Position numbers and translations under genes: made by a program. Shown one piece after another: positions 9,396 through 17,839 of a stretch of 64,000 nucleotides of DNA (positions are counted from its first letter, which is position 1; the number at the start of each line of letters is the position of its first letter). The DNA is from an uncultured Verrucomicrobiae bacterium (lineage in GTDB: Bacteria; Verrucomicrobiota; Verrucomicrobiia; Chthoniobacterales; UBA10450). The stretch is taken from positions 32,001-96,000 of the forward strand of contig CAWDGJ010000007.1 in NCBI GenBank assembly GCA_963801815.1. The letters run 5' to 3'. Below the pieces are notes generated by a model, which saw nothing but the letters and a program-made list of their open reading frames with translations, was not told the origin of the DNA and searched no databases.

Positions 9396-10607
9396 CTATG
9401 ACCCGTCAGGTCCCGCGCTTTCCCCGCGGAGCAATTTCGCCAGCAAATCCATTGGCGAAGACGTAGCTGCTGGTTGCTCCGACGGAGTTTCAGGCTTTGC
9501 AACCGGCGAGGCAGACTGGGACGACTGCGTTTCCGGCTGATTCGTTGCAACCGGCGTCGACGCCGTGATGGGCTCGGCTGGAACGAATTGCTGTGTAACT
9601 GCGGGAATCTCCGGAGCTAACTCGGCCGGCGCTTGCGCGAGATCGGCCTCCTGCACCGCGGCGGCTACCTCGCCCATACTCGAGATTGTTGCGGCCGGCT
9701 CGATCGGCGGTGGTTTTTCAAACAGTTCCAAATCCTGTTCCACCGTCGGGAAAATCATCTCTGGAAAATATTTGCGAGCGACGACAGAGAAATCTTCCTC
9801 GGCAAAACCGCGCTGTTCCTGCTCGAGAAGTCGATCTCGTGCCGCAGTTGTGACTGCGAGCTCTAAGTGGTGCGACAAACCGAGCTGGCTGGCGATCTTC
9901 ATGTCCTTGAGCATGTGCTTGAGTGCAAAGTGCGGCTCGAAATTATTTTCGATCATCTTCGGCAATTTCATCGCCAGCGTTTTGGAGTAACTGGCGTTGT
10001 TCTGCAGCGCAGCCACAAATTTCTCGGCCGGAATGCCTACGTGATTCACAAGGGCCAGTCCTTCGGCCAATGCCTGAACACCCGCGGCGGTCGCGATATT
10101 CGTCGCCAGCTTCACCACTGTCGCCTGACCGATTTCGCCAATCTCAATGATCTCCTTCGAGCTCGCTTCCAGGATCGGTCGCGCTTCGCGCAGGGCGACT
10201 TCATCGCCGGCGACGTAAAAGACCAGTTCTCCCTTTTCTGCGCCCAGTTTACTGCCGGTGAAGGGCGCTTCGACAAAACGCGCGCCGCGCCGTTCCACCA
10301 AATCGGCAGCGCTGCGCATGGAATGCGGAGCCACCGTCGGATGAGCGATAACAATGTGGCGCGGGCCCAAAGCGGGCGCCATTTGGCGCAGGACATCCAA
10401 AAGCGCCTCATCGTCCGAGACAAAAATCTGGATGTAATCGCACATCTCAGCGAGCTCAGCCGGCGCCCCGACAAAATTCGGGACCGGCCGAGGATTGCGA
10501 TTCCACACGAAGACATGGAAGCCGCGTTCGCGAAGATTCTCCGCCACCCGGCTTCCGATGATTCCGAGTCCGAGCACCCCGACATTTTTCCTGGTTCGAC
10601 GAGCCAT
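9396..10607 (-). CDS. NAD(P)-dependent oxidoreductase, 3-hydroxyisobutyrate dehydrogenase family, with Pro/Ala-rich C-terminal tail
   Basis: VGVLGLGIIGS, FVEAPFTGSK, VKLATN, FALKHMLKD. Confidence 0.85.
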   Translation of the reverse strand: MARRTRKNVGVLGLGIIGSRVAENLRERGFHVFVWNRNPRPVPNFVGAPAELAEMCDYIQIFVSDDEALLDVLRQMAPALGPRHIVIAHPTVAPHSMRSAADLVERRGARFVEAPFTGSKLGAEKGELVFYVAGDEVALREARPILEASSKEIIEIGEIGQATVVKLATNIATAAGVQALAEGLALVNHVGIPAEKFVAALQNNASYSKTLAMKLPKMIENNFEPHFALKHMLKDMKIASQLGLSHHLELAVTTAARDRLLEQEQRGFAEEDFSVVARKYFPEMIFPTVEQDLELFEKPPPIEPAATISSMGEVAAAVQEADLAQAPAELAPEIPAVTQQFVPAEPITASTPVATNQPETQSSQSASPVAKPETPSEQPAATSSPMDLLAKLLRGESAGPDGS

Positions 10608-10701
10608 TTGAGAGCTTTTGGCGGTTCCAGCCACCTTATTCAGCCTGCGGCGAAAACCGCTGTCGCGCAATCCATAAGTTGGCGATTTGGCCTACTGCGT
10701 T

Positions 10702-11601
10702 TTATTTGAACGCTAATTCCGAGAGGTAATAGGCCGCGACTGATCCTACAATTTGTAAACTTTGCGCGCTAAGTTTGTCGATCGTGTCTTCGGCGGTGTG
10801 CCACGGCGGATAATGAAAATCGATGAGATCGACGACCGGGATGCCGACGGCGTTCAACGGACTGTGGTCGTCGGTAATATCCTGGTCGAAATACGTAAAA
10901 TGGTTTCGCATCTTCAGCGCATCTGCCGCCGCAAAGATGCCGGCAGTGATCTTTGCCGGGGAATTTGGCGGCAGCGTGACGTCCAACGAGCTGTCGCCCA
11001 CCATGTCGAAAAGGAGTCCGCCCTGAAAAGACTTTACTGCTCCATTTTGGACAAGCTGCCGTGCGAAGTGACGGCTGCCATAGATCCCATCAGTTTGGCT
11101 AAAATTCTCAACAGCTTCCTCGCCATCGAAAAACACCAGCTCCATCTTCTCCGCCAGGCTTGGTTCCATTGAGAGTACTCGCGCCATTTCCAAAAGAAGC
11201 CCGGTGCTCGACCCGCTATCGTTCGCGCCGACAAACTTAAACGCATCGAAAATCTTGGTGTCGTAGTGCGAGCAAAGAAGAAAGACCGGTTTCGGTGACC
11301 TGCCGAAACGGGCAATCAGGTTTACAAACTTGATTTCACCGCGCGGAGTCTGATCGGAAAATGCCTGTTCCGAGATTGTCCATCCGAAAGACTCGAGCTG
11401 TTCCTCGATATAAGCACGCGCTCTGACAATCGCATCGGAACCAGGCGGCCGCGGACCGAGATCGACGAGCTCTTGCACGTGATCGAGGGCTTTCTCCCCG
11501 GAAAACAATGTCCAGATTTGCTTGGAGGGAGGCTTGGCGCAGGAACCGGCAACTAGCAGATACGCCAAAGCCAAAATCGGCATCCGGAAAGAGAACGACA
11601 T
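10702..11601 (-). CDS. M28 family Zn enzyme, glutaminyl cyclase-like lipoprotein
   Basis: Lipobox LLVAGSC; SHYDTK, GANDSGS, FFDGEEA, YGSRHFA, FDMVG, TDDH, PPWHTAEDT. Confidence 0.8.
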   Translation of the reverse strand: MSFSFRMPILALAYLLVAGSCAKPPSKQIWTLFSGEKALDHVQELVDLGPRPPGSDAIVRARAYIEEQLESFGWTISEQAFSDQTPRGEIKFVNLIARFGRSPKPVFLLCSHYDTKIFDAFKFVGANDSGSSTGLLLEMARVLSMEPSLAEKMELVFFDGEEAVENFSQTDGIYGSRHFARQLVQNGAVKSFQGGLLFDMVGDSSLDVTLPPNSPAKITAGIFAAADALKMRNHFTYFDQDITDDHSPLNAVGIPVVDLIDFHYPPWHTAEDTIDKLSAQSLQIVGSVAAYYLSELAFK

Positions 11602-11613
11602 CTTGAATTCGAA

Positions 11614-12504
11614 TCAGCGCTCGCTGGAATTGAAACCAACGATATTCAAGATGCGCTGCAGGTCTTCGTCGCCGTAATATTCGATTTCGATTCGGCCGCG
11701 TTTCGGCGTGTGATGAATCGTCACATTCGTGCCGAAATGTTGACGCAATTTGTCCTGCAAATCATCGATCGCCGCCGAACTCACAACAATTTGTGGCGAA
11801 CGCCGGCGTTTTTTCCAGCCTCCAAGGAATCGTCCTACCAATCGCTCCGTCTGGCGCACACTCGAGTTGCGGCGCAAGATGGTTTCGCCCAGACGCAGCT
11901 GCTCTTCGGGAGCCTTGACTCCGAGAAGGACCTTGGCGTGTCCAACCGAAAGCAGATCCTGCCCGACCCACGTTTGGAGTTGCGGATGCAGTTCGAGCAA
12001 GCGCATCGCGTTCGCAACTGCGGCGCGACTCCGGCCGACTTTCTGCGAGATCTCCTCCTGTTTCATTCCAAATTCATCTCGCAGGCGTGCGTAGCCTTGA
12101 GCCTCCTCGATCGGATTCAGATCGCTCCGCTGGAGGTTTTCGATTAACGAAAGCTCGAGGACTTCCAAGTCGCTGGCCGTGCGAATGATTACTGGCACTT
12201 CGGTCAGCCCAACTTCCTGCGCCGCTCGCCATCGTCGCTCACCTGCGATCAATTCGTGCGTGCCACCGTTCAAGCGTCGAACGATGAGCGGCTGAATGAT
12301 TCCGTGTTGTCGAATTGAATCGACTAGTTCCCGCAATGCTTCTTCGCCAAAGTCTTTTCGCGGCTGCAACGGACTTGGAACGATGCTCGCCAGCCGGACT
12401 TTCCGGACTTGCTCGCCAGATGCATCCGCATCCTCTTCACGCGCCGGCGGCGGACGCGAACCGATAAGCGCACCCAGACCTTTGCCGAGTCCTGACTTCG
12501 CCAT
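11614..12504 (-). CDS. parB: Chromosome partitioning protein ParB
   Basis: MAKSGLGKGLGALI, QPRKDF, LIAGERRWRA, LIENLQRSDLNPIEEA, HTH QEEISQKVGRSRAAVAN. Confidence 0.95.
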   Translation of the reverse strand: MAKSGLGKGLGALIGSRPPPAREEDADASGEQVRKVRLASIVPSPLQPRKDFGEEALRELVDSIRQHGIIQPLIVRRLNGGTHELIAGERRWRAAQEVGLTEVPVIIRTASDLEVLELSLIENLQRSDLNPIEEAQGYARLRDEFGMKQEEISQKVGRSRAAVANAMRLLELHPQLQTWVGQDLLSVGHAKVLLGVKAPEEQLRLGETILRRNSSVRQTERLVGRFLGGWKKRRRSPQIVVSSAAIDDLQDKLRQHFGTNVTIHHTPKRGRIEIEYYGDEDLQRILNIVGFNSSER

Positions 12505-12598
12505 GTGCCTGAGGCTATCGGAAGCATTTCGACAACGCAAATAGCAATCAAACGCTCGAGGCTGTTGCGCGGTTCGCGACCGCGGTTAGCATGCGGCC

Positions 12599-13453
12599 AT
12601 GTGGCGGGCTCCTGAAGTTTTCACCCTCGGACATTCTCCGGATCCGGACGACGCCTTCATGTTTTACGCGATCGCAAAGAACAAGATCGATCTCCGAGGA
12701 TATCGATTCGAGCATCGGCTGGAAGACATCCAGACACTGAACGAACGCGCAATGCGCGGCGAACTGCACATCTCGGCGATTTCCATTCACGCCTACGCTT
12801 ATGTCGCAGACAAGTATGCGCTGCTTCCCTGCGGAGCGAGCATGGGCGATGGATATGGCCCGATTGTCATCGGGCAAACCCGAAATCCGAATGCCGAAAC
12901 CCGAAGTTGGCTGCGCGGACAGCTCATTGCCGTTCCGGGCACCATGACGAGCGCTTTTCTGGCGCTGCGACTTTATCTGGGTGAGTTCAAACACATCGTC
13001 GTCCCGTTCGATCAAATCTTCGACGCCGTAACCAAAGGCAAAGCTGAGGCCGGCCTAATTATCCATGAGGGACAGCTGACTTACACCAAATCCGGTTTCG
13101 AAAAAATTGTCGACCTTGGCGAATGGTGGAAAGGCGAAACCGGCTTGCCCCTACCCTTGGGCGGCAACGTGATTCGCAAAGATATTCCGCCCGTTATCCG
13201 CCATGATCTTTTGGAGATTATGCGTGAAAGTATCGATTACGGCCTGGCGCATCGTGATGAAGCGGTCGCGCACTCGATGCCTTACGCCCGGGACATGAAT
13301 GAGCAGCTGGCCGATAAATTCATCGGCATGTACGTCAACGATTTTACTCGTGACTATGGGGAGAACGGCCGCGCGGCGATTCGAAAATTTCTCGGCGACG
13401 CCAAGAGCGGCGGCTATATCGACGGTCTGGTCGAAATTGAGTTCGTTGAGTAG
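12599..13453 (+). CDS. mqnD: 1,4-dihydroxy-6-naphthoate synthase (futalosine menaquinone pathway)
   Basis: GHSPDPDDAFMFY, DIQTLN, GASMGDGYGP, LIIHEGQLTY, LPLPLGG, IGMYVN. Confidence 0.85.
   Translation: MWRAPEVFTLGHSPDPDDAFMFYAIAKNKIDLRGYRFEHRLEDIQTLNERAMRGELHISAISIHAYAYVADKYALLPCGASMGDGYGPIVIGQTRNPNAETRSWLRGQLIAVPGTMTSAFLALRLYLGEFKHIVVPFDQIFDAVTKGKAEAGLIIHEGQLTYTKSGFEKIVDLGEWWKGETGLPLPLGGNVIRKDIPPVIRHDLLEIMRESIDYGLAHRDEAVAHSMPYARDMNEQLADKFIGMYVNDFTRDYGENGRAAIRKFLGDAKSGGYIDGLVEIEFVE
12874..12908 (+). repeat. Degenerate heptamer array (CGAAAYC-like x5) inside mqnD
   Basis: gcaaacc cgaaatc cgaatgc cgaaacc cgaagtt, encoding QTRNPNAETRS. Confidence 0.6.
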
Positions 13454-13633
13454 CTATTTCTTTTCCTGCTTCTCCGTTTTGCCGACCTGCTTCGTGACAA
13501 AAGTCTTGATGCGGTTGAATTCCTTTTGGAAGCCAGTCGCAAAATCGTGAGTGCCGTATTCGAAAAGGACCACGAAACAAAAGGTGAAGAAGATAAACAA
13601 AACGATCCAAAATAGCCCGCGCAAGAGAGACAT
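13454..13633 (-). CDS. Small single-TM membrane protein
   Basis: MSLLRGLFWIVLFIFFTFCFVVLFEYG followed by a basic tail; fills the gap between mqnD and the aminotransferase. Confidence 0.6.
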   Translation of the reverse strand: MSLLRGLFWIVLFIFFTFCFVVLFEYGTHDFATGFQKEFNRIKTFVTKQVGKTEKQEKK

Positions 13634-13732
13634 GCCCGAAAGGGTAACTGAGCCGCCGTTATCGGTCAATTGGCCGCCTGACCGGGAAACTTCGGATTGA
13701 TCGTCCCGGCGGAACTGACAAGCTATTCGACG

Positions 13733-14917
13733 ATGCGAGTCCGGCTTTTGGACCTAAGCGAGCAATACCACGCCCTGTCGCGAGAAATCCGCGCTGCCAC
13801 CGACGAAGTCCTTTCGAGTCAGCGATTCATTCTGGGCCCGAAACTGGCCGAGTTTGAGAAAGCCGCGGCGGAATATTGCCGGGCGCCACATGCCATTGGC
13901 GTTTCGTCGGGGACCGACGCGCTCCTGGCGGTCCTGATGGCCCTCGAAATCGGAATTGGAGACGCAGTTATCACTACGGTGTATTCGTTTTTCGCGACCG
14001 GCGGATGCATTGCACGCGTCGGAGCGACGCCGGTTTTCATCGACATCGAACCGGACACTTACAACATTTCTGCAGCGGCGTTGCGACGCTACCTTGAGAA
14101 AAATTGCCATGCGGTCGAAGGCAAACTGGTCAACGAGAATCGACAAACCATCGTCGCGGTTATTCCCGTTCATATTTTTGGTTTGTGTTGTGACATGAGC
14201 CAAATGCTCGCAATCGCCCGCGAGCACAATTTGATTTTGATCGAAGACGCGGCTCAAGCCATCGGCGTGGAGTTTCCGCTGGAAAATGGACCCGCCAAAG
14301 CCGGGACCATGGGCGATGTTGGTTGCTTCAGTTTCTATCCGTCCAAAAATCTCGGCGCAGCAGGGGACGCTGGCCTGGTCGTTTGCCGCAACGCGCAATT
14401 TGCCGAGCGTTTGCGTCTTTGTCGCCACCACGGAATGGGCGCGCAGTATCGACATGACTTCGTGGGCGGCAATTTTCGGCTCGACGAAATCCAGGCTGCA
14501 ATCTTGAACGTAAAATTACCTCACCTTGATGCTTGGTCGGCGGCGCGGCGCGAGGCCGCGAATTTCTACACGAAAGAGTTTCAGCATGTTGGACTAGATA
14601 AAAAAATCAAACTTCCAGTCGAGCCCTACGGACAGAGCGGCCTAACAAACCATCACATTTATCATCAGTATGTGATTCGCCTGTCACGACGAGATGATTT
14701 GCGAAAGCACCTGGCCGACCGGGAAATTGAAACAGCCATTTACTACCCGTTGGCGTTGCATGAGCAGCCTTGTTTCGAATACCTCGGCTACAAAGCGGGC
14801 GACTTTCCGGAAGCGGAACGCGCTGCTCGAGAAAGCCTGGCATTGCCGATCTATCCGGAAATTTCGCGCGAAGCGCAGCAATACGTTGTAAATTGCATCG
14901 CGGACTTTTTCAGCTAG
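13733..14917 (+). CDS. DegT/DnrJ/EryC1/StrS PLP-dependent sugar aminotransferase
   Basis: FILGP, GVSSGTDAL, IEDAAQAIG, SFYPSKNLGAAGDAG, NFRLDEIQAA. Confidence 0.92.
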   Translation: MRVRLLDLSEQYHALSREIRAATDEVLSSQRFILGPKLAEFEKAAAEYCRAPHAIGVSSGTDALLAVLMALEIGIGDAVITTVYSFFATGGCIARVGATPVFIDIEPDTYNISAAALRRYLEKNCHAVEGKLVNENRQTIVAVIPVHIFGLCCDMSQMLAIAREHNLILIEDAAQAIGVEFPLENGPAKAGTMGDVGCFSFYPSKNLGAAGDAGLVVCRNAQFAERLRLCRHHGMGAQYRHDFVGGNFRLDEIQAAILNVKLPHLDAWSAARREAANFYTKEFQHVGLDKKIKLPVEPYGQSGLTNHHIYHQYVIRLSRRDDLRKHLADREIETAIYYPLALHEQPCFEYLGYKAGDFPEAERAARESLALPIYPEISREAQQYVVNCIADFFS

Positions 14918-14941
14918 AGATCAAGACTCCAGAACCGTCGC

Positions 14942-15025
14942 GGGTAGGTACCGAAGTGGCCAAACGGGGCAGACTGTAAATCTGCTGGCTTTACGCCTTC
15001 GCTGGTTCGAATCCAGCCCTGCCCA
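14942..15025 (+). tRNA. tRNA-Tyr(GTA)
   Basis: Acceptor stem GGGTAGG/CCTGCCC-A; anticodon arm gcaga-ctGTAaa-tctgc; long variable arm; T arm gctgg-TTCGAAT-ccagc; CCA not encoded. Confidence 0.95.
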
Positions 15026-15042
15026 CTTTTACTTTTCCCGAG

Positions 15043-16602
15043 CTATTCCACTTGGAATTGCTGTTGCTGCACAAGATTGCGAAGCCGCTTATTGCGGAAT
15101 AACAGGTAGGGACCGAATTCCCTCCACAAATCAAACCCGTCTCGAACCACCCGGTTTGGTTCGTCCGGACCAAGTTCCGCCGAACGATTCGGTTCATAAA
15201 GCACATCCCACGCTCGATTGAGAACCAGCCAGTCTGCGCGGGCCACATCACGAGCCAGGCGAGAGCCTGGAGCGTTGGCCGCACCCGCATCCATTTGCAG
15301 AAAATAACTCGCCGGAGGCAGCTGTGGAAAAAGATGATAAATCCAAGTGTCACAATAGCGCGTGCGACGCAGATCCGCCGGGCCCACAAAAAGGAATTGC
15401 CCTGCCACGGAGACTCTTTGCAATTCGGCGACAACCTGATCGGCAGCTTGCGGCAGTTGATTTTTTGCCACCGGAAATGAGCGACCGTTTTGCTTGATGA
15501 AAACTCCTTGGTCGCGCGGCCTTAACTTGAAAAGTTGAATAGCGACCCACACAACGGCTAATATTGCAATTGCCTTCGACCATCGTGGTAAACGCTTAGG
15601 CAGGGCGGAAACGAAAACCGAAAACGAAAGCGGCAACAACATGAAAGAAACCAGGGCGGCATTGACCACATGCCCGCTGTCGAATCGCGACAAGGGGTAA
15701 TGAATAAGGCCCAGCCCGAGCAGCGCCGCGCCCAAAAAGGAACGTCCACGGTCTGAGTGGGAGCTGCGAAAATCGTAGAAAGCGACCGCTATGTTCGCGG
15801 CACTCGCCGCGACGTAAAGGCAAAATACCCAAACAATTTCCGCCGGCGCGCTCGAGATCGGCAAGTGTCCGCGCGGTCCAATGCGAATAACCGGTAGCAG
15901 AAACAAACTGTCCACTAGTTGCATCGGTCCCACTACGACAGCGAAGTAAAACAACGGAAGCAACCCGGTCGCCACACCCGCGAGAAACCATTTTTGCTTC
16001 GCGGGTCGCATCGCGACAAAGAACGGTAAAAGCGCAACCGTCAGGGCGAGGGCGAAATCGCAACGACACGACAACGCAATGCCACCAAGGAATCCTGCTC
16101 CGAAACATCGCACACGCGACTCCACGCCTGCCATCACCCAAAGCGCGCAAAGCGCGAACGAGATCCCGGCGAACCACGTGTTTGCCCACACTTCGGTAAT
16201 CCCGAGCAACATCGCAGCGAAAAGTCCGCACACCGCGCCGATAACGATCCCCCAACGTTGTGCGATTCCAAAAATCGCGAGGAGAATGAGCACCCGATAA
16301 GTCAATCCAACCGTGCGTTCGACAAAAACATTTGCGCCAAACAACGAGTACGTTCCCGACAAGAAGAACAGGTTTCCGGGGCCATAAACACTCTCGAAGT
16401 CCCGATAAGGCAGGTGTCCTTTCAAGAACATCTCGGGATAGACGAGGGTGACACCTTCGTCCTCTTGCTGGCCGGGCAAACGAAAGGCCGGCCATAGAAG
16501 AAGGACCAACAACGCCGCCAGAACAAGGAAAGCGAGAGATTTCAAAAACGCGCCCCGACGACTCAAAAGCATCCGCGATAACTCCGAGTTGATAGTAACC
16601 AT
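15043..16602 (-). CDS. Polytopic membrane protein, GT-C (ArnT/PMT-like) fold candidate
   Basis: N-terminal TM then DEG..GHLPYRDFESVYGPG motif, many TMs, C-terminal soluble domain. Confidence 0.65.
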   Translation of the reverse strand: MVTINSELSRMLLSRRGAFLKSLAFLVLAALLVLLLWPAFRLPGQQEDEGVTLVYPEMFLKGHLPYRDFESVYGPGNLFFLSGTYSLFGANVFVERTVGLTYRVLILLAIFGIAQRWGIVIGAVCGLFAAMLLGITEVWANTWFAGISFALCALWVMAGVESRVRCFGAGFLGGIALSCRCDFALALTVALLPFFVAMRPAKQKWFLAGVATGLLPLFYFAVVVGPMQLVDSLFLLPVIRIGPRGHLPISSAPAEIVWVFCLYVAASAANIAVAFYDFRSSHSDRGRSFLGAALLGLGLIHYPLSRFDSGHVVNAALVSFMLLPLSFSVFVSALPKRLPRWSKAIAILAVVWVAIQLFKLRPRDQGVFIKQNGRSFPVAKNQLPQAADQVVAELQRVSVAGQFLFVGPADLRRTRYCDTWIYHLFPQLPPASYFLQMDAGAANAPGSRLARDVARADWLVLNRAWDVLYEPNRSAELGPDEPNRVVRDGFDLWREFGPYLLFRNKRLRNLVQQQQFQVE

Positions 16603-16829
16603 AAACTCGTAGCGGTTTCACTTTTAAAAATCGAGGTCGTGCCCGTCGAAACTTTCGACTCGCTGCCGAGTTGGTCTCTTACAGGACGACAGCGAAAGAA
16701 TTTCGTCCGACAATTTCGTCACAGTTGGTCGCGAGAATAGCGGCCAGCAGCTTCAGGTAAATTCAGCCCAACCCTGATTAACCTCTCAGGTTTCGAAGTT
16801 GGGCCGATTGTGTGCGCCTGCCTACGTTT

Positions 16830-17213
16830 CTAACGGCGACGTCGTCGCGTCTCGCTACGTGAGGATGCCGATCTTCGACGCGGTTTGGCTTTACCTCGTC
16901 TGGTCGTAGGACGCTTTCTCGACCTCGCGGCTTTGCGCGCTGTCCTTCTCTTGGCAGTGACTTTGCGCACTGCTTTTCTAACGCGCTTAGGCCCGGGTGT
17001 GAGCACACGCCGAGTGGCCCTCTTCACTGCGGGTTTCAGCCGTCCTTCACCGGCAGCTTTTCCAGCCATCGCGCCGACAATTCCTCCGACGACAGCGCCA
17101 GCCGGACCCATCACGCTGCCAAGTGCGGCGCCGGCGACGGCGCCAGCTGTTGCTTTGGGAATCGGGGGGACTTCTATGTTTTCGCTATCTTCTTTGTGTT
17201 GCGCTTCAGCCAT
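16830..17213 (-). CDS. Glycine-zipper protein with histone-like Arg/Lys-rich tail
   Basis: GAVAGAALGSVMGPAGAVVGGIVGAMAG followed by KRATRR..RKAVRKVTAKRRTARKAARSRKR; AGGAG RBS upstream. Confidence 0.7.
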   Translation of the reverse strand: MAEAQHKEDSENIEVPPIPKATAGAVAGAALGSVMGPAGAVVGGIVGAMAGKAAGEGRLKPAVKRATRRVLTPGPKRVRKAVRKVTAKRRTARKAARSRKRPTTRRGKAKPRRRSASSRSETRRRRR

Positions 17214-17270
17214 AACAGGAACTCCTTTTACTAGATGGTTCGCGTCGACACATCACCGCAGACGTGCAAA

Positions 17271-17300
17271 AAAAAGCGGCCGCCGCAGCGACCGCTTTTT
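17271..17300 (-). terminator. Intrinsic terminator downstream of the RRM gene
   Basis: aaaaagcgg...ccgcttttt GC-rich stem with flanking A/T tracts. Confidence 0.75.
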
Positions 17301-17323
17301 CAGAAAGTATATGAAGTGGTCGA

Positions 17324-17656
17324 TTAACGCCCGCGGCGCTGTCCCCCGTCGCGTCGTCGATCTCCACCATAGCCACCGCCGCCACCGCCCCCGCCTGGCG
17401 GCCGCGGCTCGCGCGGACGCGCTTCGTTAACGGTTAACGCGCGACCTTCGAGCGTCTTGCCGTTAATTTCAGCGATAGCTTTTTGCGCGTCCTGTTCGGA
17501 GCCCATCGTGACGAAGGCGAAACCGCGCGATTTGCCAGTGAATTTGTCCTGCATCAGCATGACCTCCTGGACCGCGCCAGCTTGCGAAAAAAGCTCCTGC
17601 AGTTCGTTTTCGGTGGTGTTAAATGGGAGATTTCCCACGTATAATTTAGTTGGCAT
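17324..17656 (-). CDS. RRM RNA-binding protein with Gly-rich tail
   Basis: RNP2 LYVGNL, RNP1 RGFAFVTM, LTVNEARPRE. Confidence 0.95.
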   Translation of the reverse strand: MPTKLYVGNLPFNTTENELQELFSQAGAVQEVMLMQDKFTGKSRGFAFVTMGSEQDAQKAIAEINGKTLEGRALTVNEARPREPRPPGGGGGGGGYGGDRRRDGGQRRGR

Positions 17657-17839
17657 TGAATCTAATCTGGAAAACGCCGCCAGGACATTTCTCCCGCTTT
17701 TGAATATCAAATCGCCGCTGAATCAATTCCAACTGACAATCGGCGGACTTCCGAGCTGCTGTTTTCTCCTTTCGGGCTCATTGTGTAGAGTGCTTCGAAT
17801 GGGAAAGCAATCAAAAATCGCGGGTGGTCAAACGTCGAG

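Noticed and set aside
16760..16774. Partial match to the tRNA-Tyr 3' end (possible attR)
   Set aside because: Only about 12 of 15 bases match and there is no integrase; not distinguishable from chance
16766..16804. GCCCAAC...GTTGGGC hairpin resembling an integron attC
   Set aside because: Only 39 bp, shorter than known attC sites; no L boxes, no cassette array, no integrase
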